Shown: one piece after another, positions 17,373 to 28,287 of the stretch
Layout of the letters: the number at the start of each line of letters is the position of its first letter
Position numbering within the stretch: position 1 is the first letter of the stretch
Assembly (NCBI GenBank): GCA_030536995.1
Contig: JAUNOY010000001.1
Coordinates: 35,274 to 99,273, forward strand
Source of the DNA: Eubacteriales bacterium
Lineage (GTDB): Bacteria > Bacillota > Clostridia > Lachnospirales > Lachnospiraceae
Direction of reading: 5' to 3'
DNA: 64,000 nt
Translations under genes and position numbers: made by a program
The notes under the pieces: model-generated
What the model saw: the letters and a program-made list of their open reading frames with translations, nothing else
Told to the model about the DNA's origin: nothing
Databases searched by the model: none

Positions 17373-18692
17373 ATGTCAAAAAATCGCCTTATCAGAGGTA
17401 CCCTGCTTCTTACCTGCGCCGGTTTATTAAGCCGGTTCATCGGTTTCTTTTATAGAATATTCCTTTCCCATACCATTGGTGCACAGGGACTTGGACTCTT
17501 CCAGCTTATCCTGCCGCTTCAGAGTCTTGTAATGGCCATTTCTGTTTCCGGCATGCAGATTGCGATCTCCCGTCTCTGTGCATCTTGTACAGCATTGGGA
17601 CAAAAGAAAAAAGCCGGAGATTTTTTCTGGATTGGAAGTATCCTATCCGCAGCAACAGCCTCTTTCCTTTCTTGTTTTATTTATGAACATTCCGACTTTT
17701 TCGCTTTAGAAATCCTGAAAGCACCTCAGACGAACTCCCTCATTCGAATACTTGCCTTTTCTTTTCCTCTCGGCACTCTGCACACCTGTATCAATAGTTA
17801 TTATTTTGCCCGGAAACAGACAGGAATCCCTTCTTTTGTCCAGTTGCTCGAACAAATGATACGTGTAAGTACCTGCTATTTTCTCTCTGTAATATTTATT
17901 TCAGAAGAACGTCCTGTCACTCCTGCAATTGCTGTTGGCGGCACTCTGGCAGGTGAAGTTGCTTCCGCTTTTGTTTCTCTGTTATGTATAGGCATCCATT
18001 TTCACCAAAACAGTTATTCCCTTTTTCGAATCAAAGGAGTTCCCTCTCTCTGTCAGGAACTTTTTCACATTTCCTTTCCACTGACTATAAACAAGGTTCT
18101 CCTGACGGTACTAAGCAGTATGGAAATGGTTTTAATCCCCCAACGGCTTCGGATATATGGCTTAAACAGCCGGGAAACCATGAGTATATATGGAATTTTT
18201 ACAGGAATGGCCATGCCTCTGATTCTTTTTCCCGGAACACTGACTAACTCCGCCGCTGTAATGTTGATGCCCTCTGTTGCTCAGTTACAGGCTCTTGGAA
18301 AAAACGAGAAAATCAGGCGTGTGACCCGACAGCTCTTTTATTGCTGTTCCATCATGGGTATTGTCTGTATGTTTCTTTTCCTTTTTCTGGGAGATTTTCT
18401 GGGATCCTTTCTTTTCCACAATGCCACTGCCGGAACATACATACGAACACTTTCTTTTATCTGCCCGTTTTTGTATCTGAACACAACCCTTACCAGTATT
18501 CTGCACGGTCTAGGAAAAGCAGGTCTATGCCTCCTGCACAGCGTAATCAGTATTTCTGTCCGGTTAAGTTTCGTACTCTTTGCAATTCCACTCTTAGGCA
18601 TTCGCGGTTATCTGTACGGAATCCTGCTTGCAGAACTTATACTGACCCTCCTCCACCTGATACTTCTCACAAAAATCATCCGTAAAACATAA
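17373..18692 (+). CDS. spoVB: MOP-superfamily polysaccharide/lipid II flippase, SpoVB-like
   Basis: Polytopic membrane protein. The N-terminus LIRGTLLLTCAGLLSRFIGFFYRIFL matches the SpoVB/MurJ family. Start taken at MSKNRL (ATG 17373). The upstream extension to 17211 overlaps the Rrf2 gene and is rejected. Confidence 0.65.
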   Translation: MSKNRLIRGTLLLTCAGLLSRFIGFFYRIFLSHTIGAQGLGLFQLILPLQSLVMAISVSGMQIAISRLCASCTALGQKKKAGDFFWIGSILSAATASFLSCFIYEHSDFFALEILKAPQTNSLIRILAFSFPLGTLHTCINSYYFARKQTGIPSFVQLLEQMIRVSTCYFLSVIFISEERPVTPAIAVGGTLAGEVASAFVSLLCIGIHFHQNSYSLFRIKGVPSLCQELFHISFPLTINKVLLTVLSSMEMVLIPQRLRIYGLNSRETMSIYGIFTGMAMPLILFPGTLTNSAAVMLMPSVAQLQALGKNEKIRRVTRQLFYCCSIMGIVCMFLFLFLGDFLGSFLFHNATAGTYIRTLSFICPFLYLNTTLTSILHGLGKAGLCLLHSVISISVRLSFVLFAIPLLGIRGYLYGILLAELILTLLHLILLTKIIRKT

Positions 18693-18773
18693 GATATCTA
18701 TCGACACAGAAAAAAAATTGGGTTATACTAAATTTTGAATCACAAAGGAATCTGTTTTAAAGGAGACACGAAT

Positions 18774-19805
18774 ATGGGATTTGATTTCATTAAAAAATTA
18801 CCGACACCTGAAGAGATACGCAGCCAATATCCCATTGATGCAAATATTCAGGCACTAAAAGAAAAACGAGATCAGGAAATACGGGATGTATTCACCGGAA
18901 AATCAGAAAAATTTCTGGCAATTGTAGGTCCCTGCTCTGCTGACAACGAAGATGCTGTCTGCGATTATCTGGAACGTCTGGCAAAAGTTCAAGATGAAAT
19001 CCGGGATAAAGTTTTGATTATCCCAAGAGTTTATACAAACAAGCCAAGGACCACTGGAGAGGGGTATAAGGGAATGGTTCATCAGCCGGACCCTGAAAAA
19101 AAGCCAAATCTTCTCGCCGGACTGGTTGCTATCCGAAAAATGCACATACATGCTATCCAGGTGAGCGGTCTTACCTGCGCAGATGAAATGCTTTATCCGG
19201 AAAACTACCGTTATCTTTCTGACCTTCTTTCCTATGTTGCAGTAGGTGCACGCTCTGTAGAGGATCAGCAGCATCGTCTTACAGTCAGCGGCATGGATAT
19301 ACCTGCCGGTATGAAAAATCCTACCAGCGGAGATTATTCTGTTATGCTCAACTCCGTTGTTGCAGCTCAGGGCAGTCATCGATTTATCTACAGAGGCTGG
19401 GAAGTAGAAACCACAGGAAATGAACTGGCCCATACTATTCTCCGCGGTGCCGTAAACAAACACGGAGAAGCAATTCCGAACTACCACTATGAGGATTTGC
19501 GCCTTCTCTGGGAAAAATATCAGCTTAAAAACCTGAAAAATCCGGCAGTCATTATTGATACTAATCACTCCAACTCCAACAAACAGTACGAACAGCAGAT
19601 TCGTATTGCCAAGGAAGTTCTTCACAGCCGCATTGTGGATCCTGAACTTCGAACTCTGGTCAAAGGTCTCATGATTGAAAGCTATATCGAACCCGGATGC
19701 CAGAAAATCGGCTCTGACCACATTTACGGCAAATCCATTACAGATCCCTGTCTCGGATGGAACGAAACAGAACAGCTTCTTCATACGATTGCCCAGATGT
19801 GCTGA
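18774..19805 (+). CDS. 3-deoxy-7-phosphoheptulonate (DAHP) synthase, class I alpha (AroF/G/H-like)
   Basis: Contains IVGPCS, KPRTT.G.KG, IDTNHSNS and GKSITDPCLGW motifs. Start at MGFDF (ATG 18774) behind an AAAGGAG RBS. Confidence 0.9.
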   Translation: MGFDFIKKLPTPEEIRSQYPIDANIQALKEKRDQEIRDVFTGKSEKFLAIVGPCSADNEDAVCDYLERLAKVQDEIRDKVLIIPRVYTNKPRTTGEGYKGMVHQPDPEKKPNLLAGLVAIRKMHIHAIQVSGLTCADEMLYPENYRYLSDLLSYVAVGARSVEDQQHRLTVSGMDIPAGMKNPTSGDYSVMLNSVVAAQGSHRFIYRGWEVETTGNELAHTILRGAVNKHGEAIPNYHYEDLRLLWEKYQLKNLKNPAVIIDTNHSNSNKQYEQQIRIAKEVLHSRIVDPELRTLVKGLMIESYIEPGCQKIGSDHIYGKSITDPCLGWNETEQLLHTIAQMC

Positions 19806-19833
19806 TAGGATAAAATTTCCTGTGAACGAAAAC

Positions 19834-19860
19834 TGCCGGACAGATACATTCTGTCCGGCA
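19834..19860. terminator. Bidirectional terminator between the DAHP synthase gene and xerD
   Basis: 10 bp stem TGCCGGACAG pairs with CTGTCCGGCA around a 7 nt loop. T-rich tracts flank it on both strands. Confidence 0.75.
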
Positions 19861-19878
19861 AACTTTTATACTTCTCAA

Positions 19879-20763
19879 TCAATGTCTTGGATGCGCTTTC
19901 ATGTACACATCTCTCATCTTATTTACGTTCATCCCCAAATAAATCTGTGTAGTGGAAATATCAGAATGCCCTAGCATTTCCTGTACACTTCTCAAATCTG
20001 CACCATTCTGTAACATATGAACAGCAAAGGAATGTCTCAGCGTATGAGGTGTAATATCATGCTTGATCCCAGCTTCGTCAGCATAACCTTTCAGCACTTT
20101 CCAGAATCCCTGACGACTCATTGCCTTACCTGAACAATTTGTAAACAATGCGCTTTCCTGCTGGTCTTTTACGAAAATGCCCCTTGTACTCTCCATATAT
20201 TTTACAAGCGCTTTCCTGCTTGGACCTCCAATGGGGATAATCCTTTCTTTCCCACTCTCATGACAAACTACATATCCCATTTGAAGATTCACATCCTGTA
20301 CCTGCAAATGAAGAAGTTCACTCACTCTCATTCCTGTCGCATAAAGAAGCTCCAGCATTGCAGCATCCCTGATCCCCTTTGGAGTTTGAAGATTAGGCTG
20401 CTCCAAAAGTCTGTCTACTTCCTCAATTGTCAGTATTTCCGGCGTTTTTTTCTCCACTTTTGGCGATTTCAGATTCTCAGATGGATCTCTGTCAATAATT
20501 TTTTCTTTAACAAGAAACTGAAAAAAAGCCCTGACTGATGCCACACTTCTGGAAATTGAGGATGATGCAAACTTCTCCCTTTCCATAAAACTGATATAAC
20601 CTTCCAGTTCCAGTTCATGAACGTCCTCGACTCCTCTGATTCCTCTGTCAGAAAAAAAGGAACTCATCTTTTTGAGATCTCTCTGATAAGATACTTCTGT
20701 ATTTGCTGATGTCTTTTTCGTATTATGTAAATATGCAATAAATGCCTGTATCTCTTTTTCCAT
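19879..20763 (-). CDS. xerD: Tyrosine site-specific recombinase XerD/XerC
   Basis: Phage-integrase fold with R...HxLRHSFA...GH.....T..Y catalytic residues (HTLRHSFAVHML, LGHSDISTTQIY). Start at MEKEIQ (ATG 20763) behind AGGAAG. Assignment as XerD rather than XerC rests only on the neighbouring spoIIM, as in B. subtilis. Confidence 0.8.
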   Translation of the reverse strand: MEKEIQAFIAYLHNTKKTSANTEVSYQRDLKKMSSFFSDRGIRGVEDVHELELEGYISFMEREKFASSSISRSVASVRAFFQFLVKEKIIDRDPSENLKSPKVEKKTPEILTIEEVDRLLEQPNLQTPKGIRDAAMLELLYATGMRVSELLHLQVQDVNLQMGYVVCHESGKERIIPIGGPSRKALVKYMESTRGIFVKDQQESALFTNCSGKAMSRQGFWKVLKGYADEAGIKHDITPHTLRHSFAVHMLQNGADLRSVQEMLGHSDISTTQIYLGMNVNKMRDVYMKAHPRH

Positions 20764-20934
20764 GCCGTCTACTTCCTGTTTCATACGTAAAATGTATCTG
20801 TATTATACTGTGTATTTGACATAAAATCAAACCCTTTTTTCTTCTCAATCCCTTTAAAACAGAGCATTTTCGACAAAAAACACCAAATATCGAGTATGTT
20901 ATGGCAACCAGATACAATATCTTGTGAAATTTTT

Positions 20935-21534
20935 TTAAAATAAATCTGCAAATCCAAGGATTTTCTCTGTAACCCACGGATTCACGTAACATTCCAAGAA
21001 AATACCTCCCATATATATGAGTGCTCCAAGAATCACCTTTCCTGCAAAACGCCCTGCTTTTTCCGGAAAAATCCCCCGATTTTTCCATATTCCAAAAGAA
21101 AGTTCAAAAATCCATGACATAAAACAAAGCGTTACCGGAACATAGATCAAATACTGGGGAAGCAAAAGTCCAATCCATACCAGTCCGCCTGACAATCCGA
21201 AACTCAGCACTGACATAGCAAACAACGATCCAAGTTCTGCTCCGAAAAGAATTGTTCCCGCAACTGCAACCGGTACCCCAAACACTGAACATCCACAAAT
21301 TGTACATAAAATATAATAGCTTCCTCTCATTCTCAAAAGCTCCAGCAAATATTCTCTTCCTGAAATCCCTCTATCCACAAAAATTTCCAGAAGATATACA
21401 GAGGCTATTGTTTTCTGCTGCCATTCCATCTTCCACAAAATATTAGGAATAAGATTCCCGAGCAAAAATCCCCCCAGAAATAATACCAGCCCCGGAAACC
21501 CTTTTTTTCTGTCAGAATTTATTCTTTTTTTCAT
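20935..21534 (-). CDS. spoIIM: Stage II sporulation protein M-like membrane protein
   Basis: 199 aa with about 5 TM segments. Size, topology and position next to xerD match spoIIM. The sequence-level call is by family resemblance only. Confidence 0.55.
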   Translation of the reverse strand: MKKRINSDRKKGFPGLVLFLGGFLLGNLIPNILWKMEWQQKTIASVYLLEIFVDRGISGREYLLELLRMRGSYYILCTICGCSVFGVPVAVAGTILFGAELGSLFAMSVLSFGLSGGLVWIGLLLPQYLIYVPVTLCFMSWIFELSFGIWKNRGIFPEKAGRFAGKVILGALIYMGGIFLECYVNPWVTEKILGFADLF

Positions 21535-21579
21535 AGCTTCACCCTGTACCAGTCTACGGTAGGATTTTGTTTTTTATGC

Positions 21580-21626
21580 AGAAAAAAACACTGTAAATTA
21601 TGTCTATTCACATAATTTACAGTGTT
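21580..21626 (-). terminator. Rho-independent terminator after rny
   Basis: 16 bp stem (21587-21602 pairs with 21611-21626) around an 8 nt loop. On the minus strand it is followed by T7. Confidence 0.85.
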
Positions 21627-21651
21627 CATATTTGCAATTCGTAAAGAACTT

Positions 21652-23211
21652 TTATTTCGCGTAGTCAATCGCTCTGCTTTCACGGATCACATTAACCTTG
21701 ATCTGACCTGGATATTCAAGCTCTGCTTCGATCTGTTTCGCAATGTCTCTGGCCAGAATTACCATATCTGCATCGTTGATATGATCCGGCAATACCATAA
21801 CACGAATTTCACGACCTGCCTGAATTGCAAAGGATTTATCAACACCTTTGAACTGGTTGGTGATATCTTCCAACTGTTTCAGTCTGTTGGTATATGTTTC
21901 CAGAGTTTCTCTTCTCGCACCCGGTCTGGCTGCGGAAATTGCATCTGCCGCCTGAACAATACATGCGATAAGGGATTCCGGTTCTACGTCACCATGATGT
22001 GAAGCTACTGCATTAATTACTACAGCAGACTCCTTATACTTTCTACAGAGATCTACCCCGATCTGAATATGAGATCCTTCAACTTCATGGTCAATAGACT
22101 TACCAATATCGTGAAGAAGTCCGGCACGTTTCGCTACACGCACATCTACACCAACTTCACCAGCCAGCATTCCTGCTAACTGAGCAACTTCGATGGAATG
22201 CTTCAGTGCATTCTGTCCATAACTTGAACGGAATTTCATTCTTCCGAGAAGTTTCAACAATTCCGGATGAATACCATGAACACCTACATCCATCGCTGCT
22301 GTCTCACCTTCTTCACGAATCTGAGATTCCACTTCTCTCTGCGCTTTCTCCACCATCTCTTCAATTCTTGCCGGATGGATACGTCCATCCACAATCAGCT
22401 TCTCGAGAGCCACACGGGCAATCTCGCGGCGAATCGGATCAAACGCGGATAATACCACTGCCTCCGGAGTATCGTCAATGATAAGATCAACACCTGTCAA
22501 TGTTTCCAGTGTACGGATATTTCTTCCCTCACGACCGATAATACGACCTTTCATTTCATCACTCGGAAGCTGGACTACAGAAATAGTTGCTTCAGACACA
22601 TGGTCAACCGCACATTTCTGAATAGCATTTACCACATATTCTTTGGCTTTCTTCCCAGCCTCTTCCTTTGCTCTGTTCTCAAGCTCTCTGTAAAGTCTGG
22701 CCACATCTACCTTGACATCATCTTCTACAGATTTGAGTAACTCTTCCTTTGCCTGTTCGGAGGTCAGACCTGAAACACGTTCCAGTTCCTGTACTCCTTT
22801 CTGCTCAAGTTCTTCTACTCTTTTTTCCTTTTTCTGCACTTCGGCTGCTCTCGCTGTGCACTCTGCTTCACGCTTTTCAACTACTTCCGCTTTTTTATCT
22901 ACGGCTGCTTCCTTAGATAAAACACGGTTTTCATACTTCTGCAGTTCGTTTCTTCGTTCCTTGGTTTCTTTCTCCAATTCATTTTTTGTACGGAGAGATT
23001 CTTCTTTGACTTCCAATAAAGCTTCTCTTTTTTTAGTTTCCGCCGTTTTCAGGGCTTCATCTATAATGCTTCTTGCTTTGTCTTCCGCTGTCCCTACAAT
23101 TTCTGCGTCTTTTTTGACCTTATTGTTCACAGCGACCTTGCAAGTAACAGGAACCGCAATAAGTAGCGCGACCATCACAGCGACAATTGCAACAATAATT
23201 GTTGTTGTCAC
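21652..23211 (-). CDS. rny: Ribonuclease Y
   Basis: 519 aa with an N-terminal TM helix, a coiled-coil E/K-rich region, a KH domain (IGREGRNIR) and an HD domain (LLHDIGK). GTG start behind GGAGG. Confidence 0.96.
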   Translation of the reverse strand: MTTTIIVAIVAVMVALLIAVPVTCKVAVNNKVKKDAEIVGTAEDKARSIIDEALKTAETKKREALLEVKEESLRTKNELEKETKERRNELQKYENRVLSKEAAVDKKAEVVEKREAECTARAAEVQKKEKRVEELEQKGVQELERVSGLTSEQAKEELLKSVEDDVKVDVARLYRELENRAKEEAGKKAKEYVVNAIQKCAVDHVSEATISVVQLPSDEMKGRIIGREGRNIRTLETLTGVDLIIDDTPEAVVLSAFDPIRREIARVALEKLIVDGRIHPARIEEMVEKAQREVESQIREEGETAAMDVGVHGIHPELLKLLGRMKFRSSYGQNALKHSIEVAQLAGMLAGEVGVDVRVAKRAGLLHDIGKSIDHEVEGSHIQIGVDLCRKYKESAVVINAVASHHGDVEPESLIACIVQAADAISAARPGARRETLETYTNRLKQLEDITNQFKGVDKSFAIQAGREIRVMVLPDHINDADMVILARDIAKQIEAELEYPGQIKVNVIRESRAIDYAK

Positions 23212-23430
23212 AGGAGCACCTCCTTATTTAGTTTTCATTGTACAAATACAACAATAATAGTATATCTGTTTCTGATACTTATGTCAAGTTTTTATGAAGT
23301 TGCCCTGCAAGAATTTAACATATATTTACTGTTTTTTATTCCATTTTTGACAATCCGCTCCTATTTTCCTGTAAAACAGCCTTATCTGCTCTTAATGTAC
23401 AAACTGTTTCGACAATTCCGGTTTTATTTT

Positions 23431-23934
23431 TCATACCTCATGGAACTGAGTTTCATAGGAAATACGGATATTCATTTCTTCTAATACCGCTGAAATATCA
23501 TGAAACTGAAAGCCGCGGCGCACCAGATATCCCTGAAGCCGACGCATCTCTTTTTCATTCAGTTCCGTATTTGCCTGATATTTCTTCTCTACATTTCTCC
23601 TGAGAATTTCGCGTTCATCAGGCTGATTCAAAGCAGCCTCTTCCTCCCAGGCTTCCGCCGCAGTCTGCCTGTCCACACCTTTTTGCTGGAGCTCCTGAAT
23701 CAGTTTCTGACGACTCTTTGTCTCCATACGATAGGCAATATATGTTCTGGCATATCGACTGTCGTCAAGATAACCATACGATTTCACATAAGCCATGGCG
23801 TCTGCTACTGCTCTTTCTGAAAATCCAGCCTGGCGAAGCCTGTCTGACAGCACTTTCTCAGTGCGATCCATATGTTCCAAAAGTTGCATGGCTTTCCTTC
23901 TGGCTTTTTTGATTTCTTCAGGAAGTATCGTCAT
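23431..23934 (-). CDS. recX: RecA regulator RecX
   Basis: 167 aa helical-repeat protein lying immediately (3 nt) downstream of recA. YLDDSRYA-type RecX repeats are present. Confidence 0.85.
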   Translation of the reverse strand: MTILPEEIKKARRKAMQLLEHMDRTEKVLSDRLRQAGFSERAVADAMAYVKSYGYLDDSRYARTYIAYRMETKSRQKLIQELQQKGVDRQTAAEAWEEEAALNQPDEREILRRNVEKKYQANTELNEKEMRRLQGYLVRRGFQFHDISAVLEEMNIRISYETQFHEV

Positions 23935-23937
23935 GGA

Positions 23938-25002
23938 TTATTCCTCTATTTCCTCTTCCCCGGCTGTTATCACGGTCTCTGTTTCTTCCGCCTCTGTATC
24001 TTCTCCTGGCAAAAGATGATAATGAATTCTTACCTTCTTCTCAATCTCATCACAGATTTCCGGATGTTCTTTCAGGAATTTCTTGGCATTCTCACGCCCC
24101 TGACCAATCTTATCTCCCTGGTAAGCATACCATGCGCCGCTCTTATTGATAATAGAGCAGTCTGCTGCAAGGTCAAGAATGTCCCCCTCTTTGGAAATAC
24201 CTGTACCGAACATGATGTCAAACTCTGCCTGTTTAAACGGAGGCGCCACCTTATTTTTAACAACCTTGATTCTGGTATGGTTTCCTACCATATCTCCACC
24301 CTGCTTGAGTGTTTCTACCCGGCGCACGTCCAATCGGATGGAAGAGTAGAACTTCAAAGCACGACCTCCTGTAGTCGTTTCCGGATTACCAAACATAACC
24401 CCCACTTTCTCACGAAGCTGGTTGATAAAAATAACCACACAATTAGACTTACTGATTACAGCAGTGAGCTTACGAAGAGCCTGAGACATCAGACGCGCCT
24501 GAAGCCCCACATGGCTGTCTCCCATATCTCCGTCAATCTCAGCCTTGGGAACAAGGGCTGCCACAGAGTCCACGATTACAATGTCAACTGCTCCGGAACG
24601 AACCATCGTCTCTGTAATTTCAAGCGCCTGCTCACCGTTATCCGGCTGGGATATATAAAGATTATCAATATCTACACCGATATTCTTTGCATAAACAGGA
24701 TCCAATGCGTGTTCTGCATCAATAAAACCCGCAATACCTCCACGCTTCTGAACCTCTGCCACCATATGTAAAGCTACTGTAGTTTTACCACTGGACTCAG
24801 GTCCATATATCTCAATAATACGTCCTTTAGGAACTCCGCCGACACCAAGTGCAATATCAAGACTGAGAGAACCTGTAGGAACTGTCTCAATCTGCATATT
24901 GGCTCTGGATTCTCCCAACTTCATAACGGATCCCTTACCATACTGCTTCTCAATATGCCCAAGGGCCGCCTCCAATGCTTTCTGTTTCTCTTCGTTAATC
25001 AT
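23938..25002 (-). CDS. recA: Recombinase A
   Basis: 354 aa with GPESSGKTT Walker [11 protein letters not shown] Walker B and a highly conserved RecA core. Confidence 0.98.
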   Translation of the reverse strand: MINEEKQKALEAALGHIEKQYGKGSVMKLGESRANMQIETVPTGSLSLDIALGVGGVPKGRIIEIYGPESSGKTTVALHMVAEVQKRGGIAGFIDAEHALDPVYAKNIGVDIDNLYISQPDNGEQALEITETMVRSGAVDIVIVDSVAALVPKAEIDGDMGDSHVGLQARLMSQALRKLTAVISKSNCVVIFINQLREKVGVMFGNPETTTGGRALKFYSSIRLDVRRVETLKQGGDMVGNHTRIKVVKNKVAPPFKQAEFDIMFGTGISKEGDILDLAADCSIINKSGAWYAYQGDKIGQGRENAKKFLKEHPEICDEIEKKVRIHYHLLPGEDTEAEETETVITAGEEEIEE

Positions 25003-25038
25003 CTATATAACCTCCTTACGCTCACTTTTCGCCCATTG

Positions 25039-25052
25039 CGAACTTACGTTCG
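25039..25052. promoter_or_regulatory. LexA (DinR) SOS box upstream of recA
   Basis: CGAACTTACGTTCG is a perfect match to the Firmicute Cheo-box core CGAAC-N4-GTTCG. It lies 37 nt upstream of the recA ATG. Confidence 0.85.
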
Positions 25053-25154
25053 CATTTCTATCACCATAGTAGTATACTTCCTCTAAAATGTCAAGCATTT
25101 CCTTGTAAACAATGTACAATTTTCATCGACAAAATCCGACATTTTTATTGTAAG

Positions 25155-25192
25155 CAAAAAAAGCCAGAAAGCATCCTATGATGCCTCTGGCT
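25155..25192 (-). terminator. Rho-independent terminator after the CotF-like gene pair
   Basis: Stem AGCCAGA..GCATC pairs with GATGC.TCTGGCT. On the minus strand it is followed by T7. Confidence 0.7.
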
Positions 25193-25218
25193 TAAAATTA
25201 CTTATACTGTTTTCAGAA

Positions 25219-25467
25219 TCAGCCCTGACTCAAAACAGAGCGGACATGATCCACTTCTTCTCTTGTCGCCTGTGCTGCCGGAACATAATATCCTCTGTTG
25301 CGGGCAATTCCGTAAATTTCTTCCTGCGACATTTCACACTGATTTCTCATCTGCTTCAATGTCTGTTTAAGCTGTGGATTCTCTGTCTGGGTAATCATCT
25401 CCCCATAGCGAACCAGCTCACCATTGATTCCTGTCAGAGTATCTACCACCATTGTTTTCTCGTCCAT
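25219..25467 (-). CDS. Spore coat protein, CotF-like
   Basis: 82 aa helical protein. The pattern (DTLT..N..V.Y......T.NP.LKQ.L..........EIY) resembles the Coat_F domain. Confidence 0.6.
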   Translation of the reverse strand: MDEKTMVVDTLTGINGELVRYGEMITQTENPQLKQTLKQMRNQCEMSQEEIYGIARNRGYYVPAAQATREEVDHVRSVLSQG

Positions 25468-25477
25468 ATTCTGCCTC

Positions 25478-25663
25478 CTACTGTAAAAATTGCATTAGTT
25501 GCTGCTTACTCTGTACCGCGGACTGTGAAGATTTCTGAAAAAACTGTTTCACTTCCATGTCCATAGCCTGCTGTGCATACGCATCCATTTTACAGTGAGT
25601 GGTCTCATACCCTCCAATAAGGTGGCGCAGATTCTGTAAATCCAATTCTGAAATTTGTGTCAT
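25478..25663 (-). CDS. Small spore-coat-associated protein (CotF-partner-like)
   Basis: Start at MTQISELDL (ATG 25663) behind AGGAGG. 61 aa, helical, co-transcribed with the CotF-like gene. Confidence 0.45.
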   Translation of the reverse strand: MTQISELDLQNLRHLIGGYETTHCKMDAYAQQAMDMEVKQFFQKSSQSAVQSKQQLMQFLQ

Positions 25664-25718
25664 AACACTACCTCCTGTAAGTTGTTTACAGAAGATAGTA
25701 TCTCTGATTCTCTTTAAA

Positions 25719-27164
25719 TTATTCTCCAATCAGCCAGTTATACATTTCTTCATACTGACGTGCAGAATTATTCCATGAGAAATCTGCCGCCATCGCGCGG
25801 TCAACCATTTTGTTCCAGTCGCGTTTTTTATCATAATAGATTCGCTCTGCATTGCGGATGGTGTTAAGCATTTCATGGGCATTGTAATTGCGGAAAGAAA
25901 ATCCTGTTCCTGTTCCTTCAATTTCGTTGAAAGGTTCTACTGTATCCTTCAGACCGCCTGTTTCTCTGACAATCGGAAGTGTTCCGTAACGGAGACTCAT
26001 CAGCTGGCTCAATCCGCAAGGCTCAAAGAGAGACGGCATAAGGAATGCGTCAGCTGCCGCATAAATACGATGTGACATTGCCTCATCATAATAAATCTGC
26101 GCAGAAACCTTGCCGTGATATTTCCAGTCAAAATGGCGGAACATATTTTCGTAGCGTTCATCTCCTGTACCAAGAGCAACAATCTGTACTGCATCCTGGC
26201 AGAGCTCATCCATAATATAAGCAATCAGGTCAAAACCTTTCTGGTCTGTCAGACGGGATACAATACCTATCATCATCGTTTTCGGGTCTTCTGTCAGACC
26301 TAAATCTCTCTGGAGCTGAAGTTTATTTTTAACTTTTTCTTTACGGAATGTGGTTGCATTATAATTCTTTGTGATGTACTGGTCTGTTTCCGGATTAAAC
26401 AAATCATAATCAATACCGTTCACAATACCGCGCAAACTGTTGGAGCGTGCACACATAAGTCCATCCAAACGTTCGCCGTAAAACGGTGTCTTAATTTCCT
26501 CTGCATAAGTATTACTTACTGTCGTAACTGCATCTGCAAATACAATACCGCCTTTCAGGAAGTTCGCATCCTTATATGCTTCCAGCTTGTCCGGCGCAAA
26601 ATAATAATCGGAAAGACCTGTAATTCCCTGCACAGTCTTAACGTCATATACCCCCTGGAATTTCAGGTTATGTATTGTCATAATCGTTTTAATGTTCCAG
26701 AAAAATTCATTCTGCTGGAAGCTGTCATGAAGGTAAACAGGAACAAGGCCTGTCTGCCAGTCATGGCAGTGAATAATATCAGGACGGAATCCAATCACAG
26801 GGAGCACTGAAAGAACCGCTTTAGAGAAAAATGCAAATTTCTCAAGATCCCAAGGCACCGCATCATATGGCTTCGGTCCACTGAAATAATATTCATTGTC
26901 GATGAAATAGAATTTGATTCCATCATACTCCATCTGCATAACACCAACATAGCAGTTCTTGTAACCCAAATCCATATAAAAATGAGTTATGTATTCCATT
27001 CTGTCTTTCCATTCCTGTTTCATACATGCGTATTTAGGAAGGATTACACGAATATCGAAATAGCGTTTATCAAAACATTTCGGCAACGCACCGGCAACGT
27101 CTGCCAACCCTCCTGTTTTGATAAATGGTACTGCTTCAGATGTTGCAAACAAAATATTCTTCAT
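25719..27164 (-). CDS. glgA: Glycogen (starch) synthase, ADP-glucose type
   Basis: 481 aa with the N-terminal PFIKTGGLADV motif and C-terminal PSLFEPCGLSQL. Confidence 0.95.
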   Translation of the reverse strand: MKNILFATSEAVPFIKTGGLADVAGALPKCFDKRYFDIRVILPKYACMKQEWKDRMEYITHFYMDLGYKNCYVGVMQMEYDGIKFYFIDNEYYFSGPKPYDAVPWDLEKFAFFSKAVLSVLPVIGFRPDIIHCHDWQTGLVPVYLHDSFQQNEFFWNIKTIMTIHNLKFQGVYDVKTVQGITGLSDYYFAPDKLEAYKDANFLKGGIVFADAVTTVSNTYAEEIKTPFYGERLDGLMCARSNSLRGIVNGIDYDLFNPETDQYITKNYNATTFRKEKVKNKLQLQRDLGLTEDPKTMMIGIVSRLTDQKGFDLIAYIMDELCQDAVQIVALGTGDERYENMFRHFDWKYHGKVSAQIYYDEAMSHRIYAAADAFLMPSLFEPCGLSQLMSLRYGTLPIVRETGGLKDTVEPFNEIEGTGTGFSFRNYNAHEMLNTIRNAERIYYDKKRDWNKMVDRAMAADFSWNNSARQYEEMYNWLIGE

Positions 27165-27221
27165 CCCAAGACCCTCCTTCGTAAAGTCAACTTAATATAG
27201 TAATTATACCGCAAAAATCTC

Positions 27222-28028
27222 CTAATGGAAAGCCCGATTTTTATATTCCAACCTTATTTTATCCGCAATTAATGCAATAAATTCGGAATTCGTCGGTTTC
27301 CCTTTTCCTGTGCTGACTGTATAACCGAAAAGAGCATCTATGGTATCCATTTTCCCTCTGCTCCATGCCACTTCAATAGCATGACGTATGGCTCTTTCCA
27401 CCCTGCTGGAAGTCGTCTGATGTTTTTTGGCAATTGTAGGATATAATATTTTCGTGATAGAATTGAGCATTTCCATATCTCCTACTGATAAAATAATTGC
27501 ATCCCTCAAATACTGATATCCTTTAATATGAGCAGGAACACCAATTTCATGTATTATATTTGTAACATCTGCCTCCAGATTTCCTTTTGTATATGTCTCC
27601 CTGTCATCCCCTGAAATCTGACGGTTTATCTCTCTTATTTTACGGTCTCCCACCCTTCGAATATGCTTAATCCTGTTAATCAGCATCTTATTATCAAACG
27701 GTTTTAACATATAGTAATCTGCTCCCAGGCTGAATGCATCCTCTGTTATTCTGTCCTGTCCTACTGCTGAAACGACAATAAAAGACGGCGTTTTTTTTCC
27801 TGATGCATCGTGACTGAATCTCTCCATAACCGATAAGCCGTCCACCTTTGGCATTATTATATCCAAAACTACTACATCCGGTTCCTTCTCCTGAATAATA
27901 TTGCAGATTTCTTCCCCATTATGTGCTTTTCCGACCAGCTTAAGGTCTTTATCTTCCTCAATTATCTGACCCAGTATTTCTACCATTTTTTCATTATCAT
28001 CCGCAACTGCCACATTTAATTTTTCCAT
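27222..28028 (-). CDS. spo0A: Sporulation master regulator Spo0A
   Basis: Receiver domain (VADDN...DIIMPKVDG) plus the Spo0A-specific C-terminal domain ([35 protein letters not shown]). Start at MEKLNV (ATG 28028) behind GGGAGGAG. Confidence 0.97.
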   Translation of the reverse strand: MEKLNVAVADDNEKMVEILGQIIEEDKDLKLVGKAHNGEEICNIIQEKEPDVVVLDIIMPKVDGLSVMERFSHDASGKKTPSFIVVSAVGQDRITEDAFSLGADYYMLKPFDNKMLINRIKHIRRVGDRKIREINRQISGDDRETYTKGNLEADVTNIIHEIGVPAHIKGYQYLRDAIILSVGDMEMLNSITKILYPTIAKKHQTTSSRVERAIRHAIEVAWSRGKMDTIDALFGYTVSTGKGKPTNSEFIALIADKIRLEYKNRAFH

Positions 28029-28287
28029 GAGGCCTGTCTCCTCCCTAATCTGCCACCGTTCACACTGCCATATGAACGGTGTCCTGAATCTGTCTATGTT
28101 TACATGTACAACGGGGCCCTTATAAGAACTGCTTTTGTTCCTACGCGTCATAATTCATTATAGAGGAACGCAGATGAAAAAATCAAGGGCAAGACGATAA
28201 TTCTCCTTATTTTCGCTCTTCCTTTTTTTATCAAATCCCCAAAGTAATGCACTTCTTTGACATTTATCAACAGCATAGGAAAAATTT

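Noticed and set aside
28275-28286. The 12 nt sequence ATAGGAAAAATT at the left island border recurs inverted at 38751-38762 near the right border, suggesting possible terminal inverted repeats.
   Set aside because: The match is only 12 nt, AT-rich, and does not extend on either side. The left copy overlaps the LysR stop codon region. It cannot be distinguished from chance without a statistical scan.
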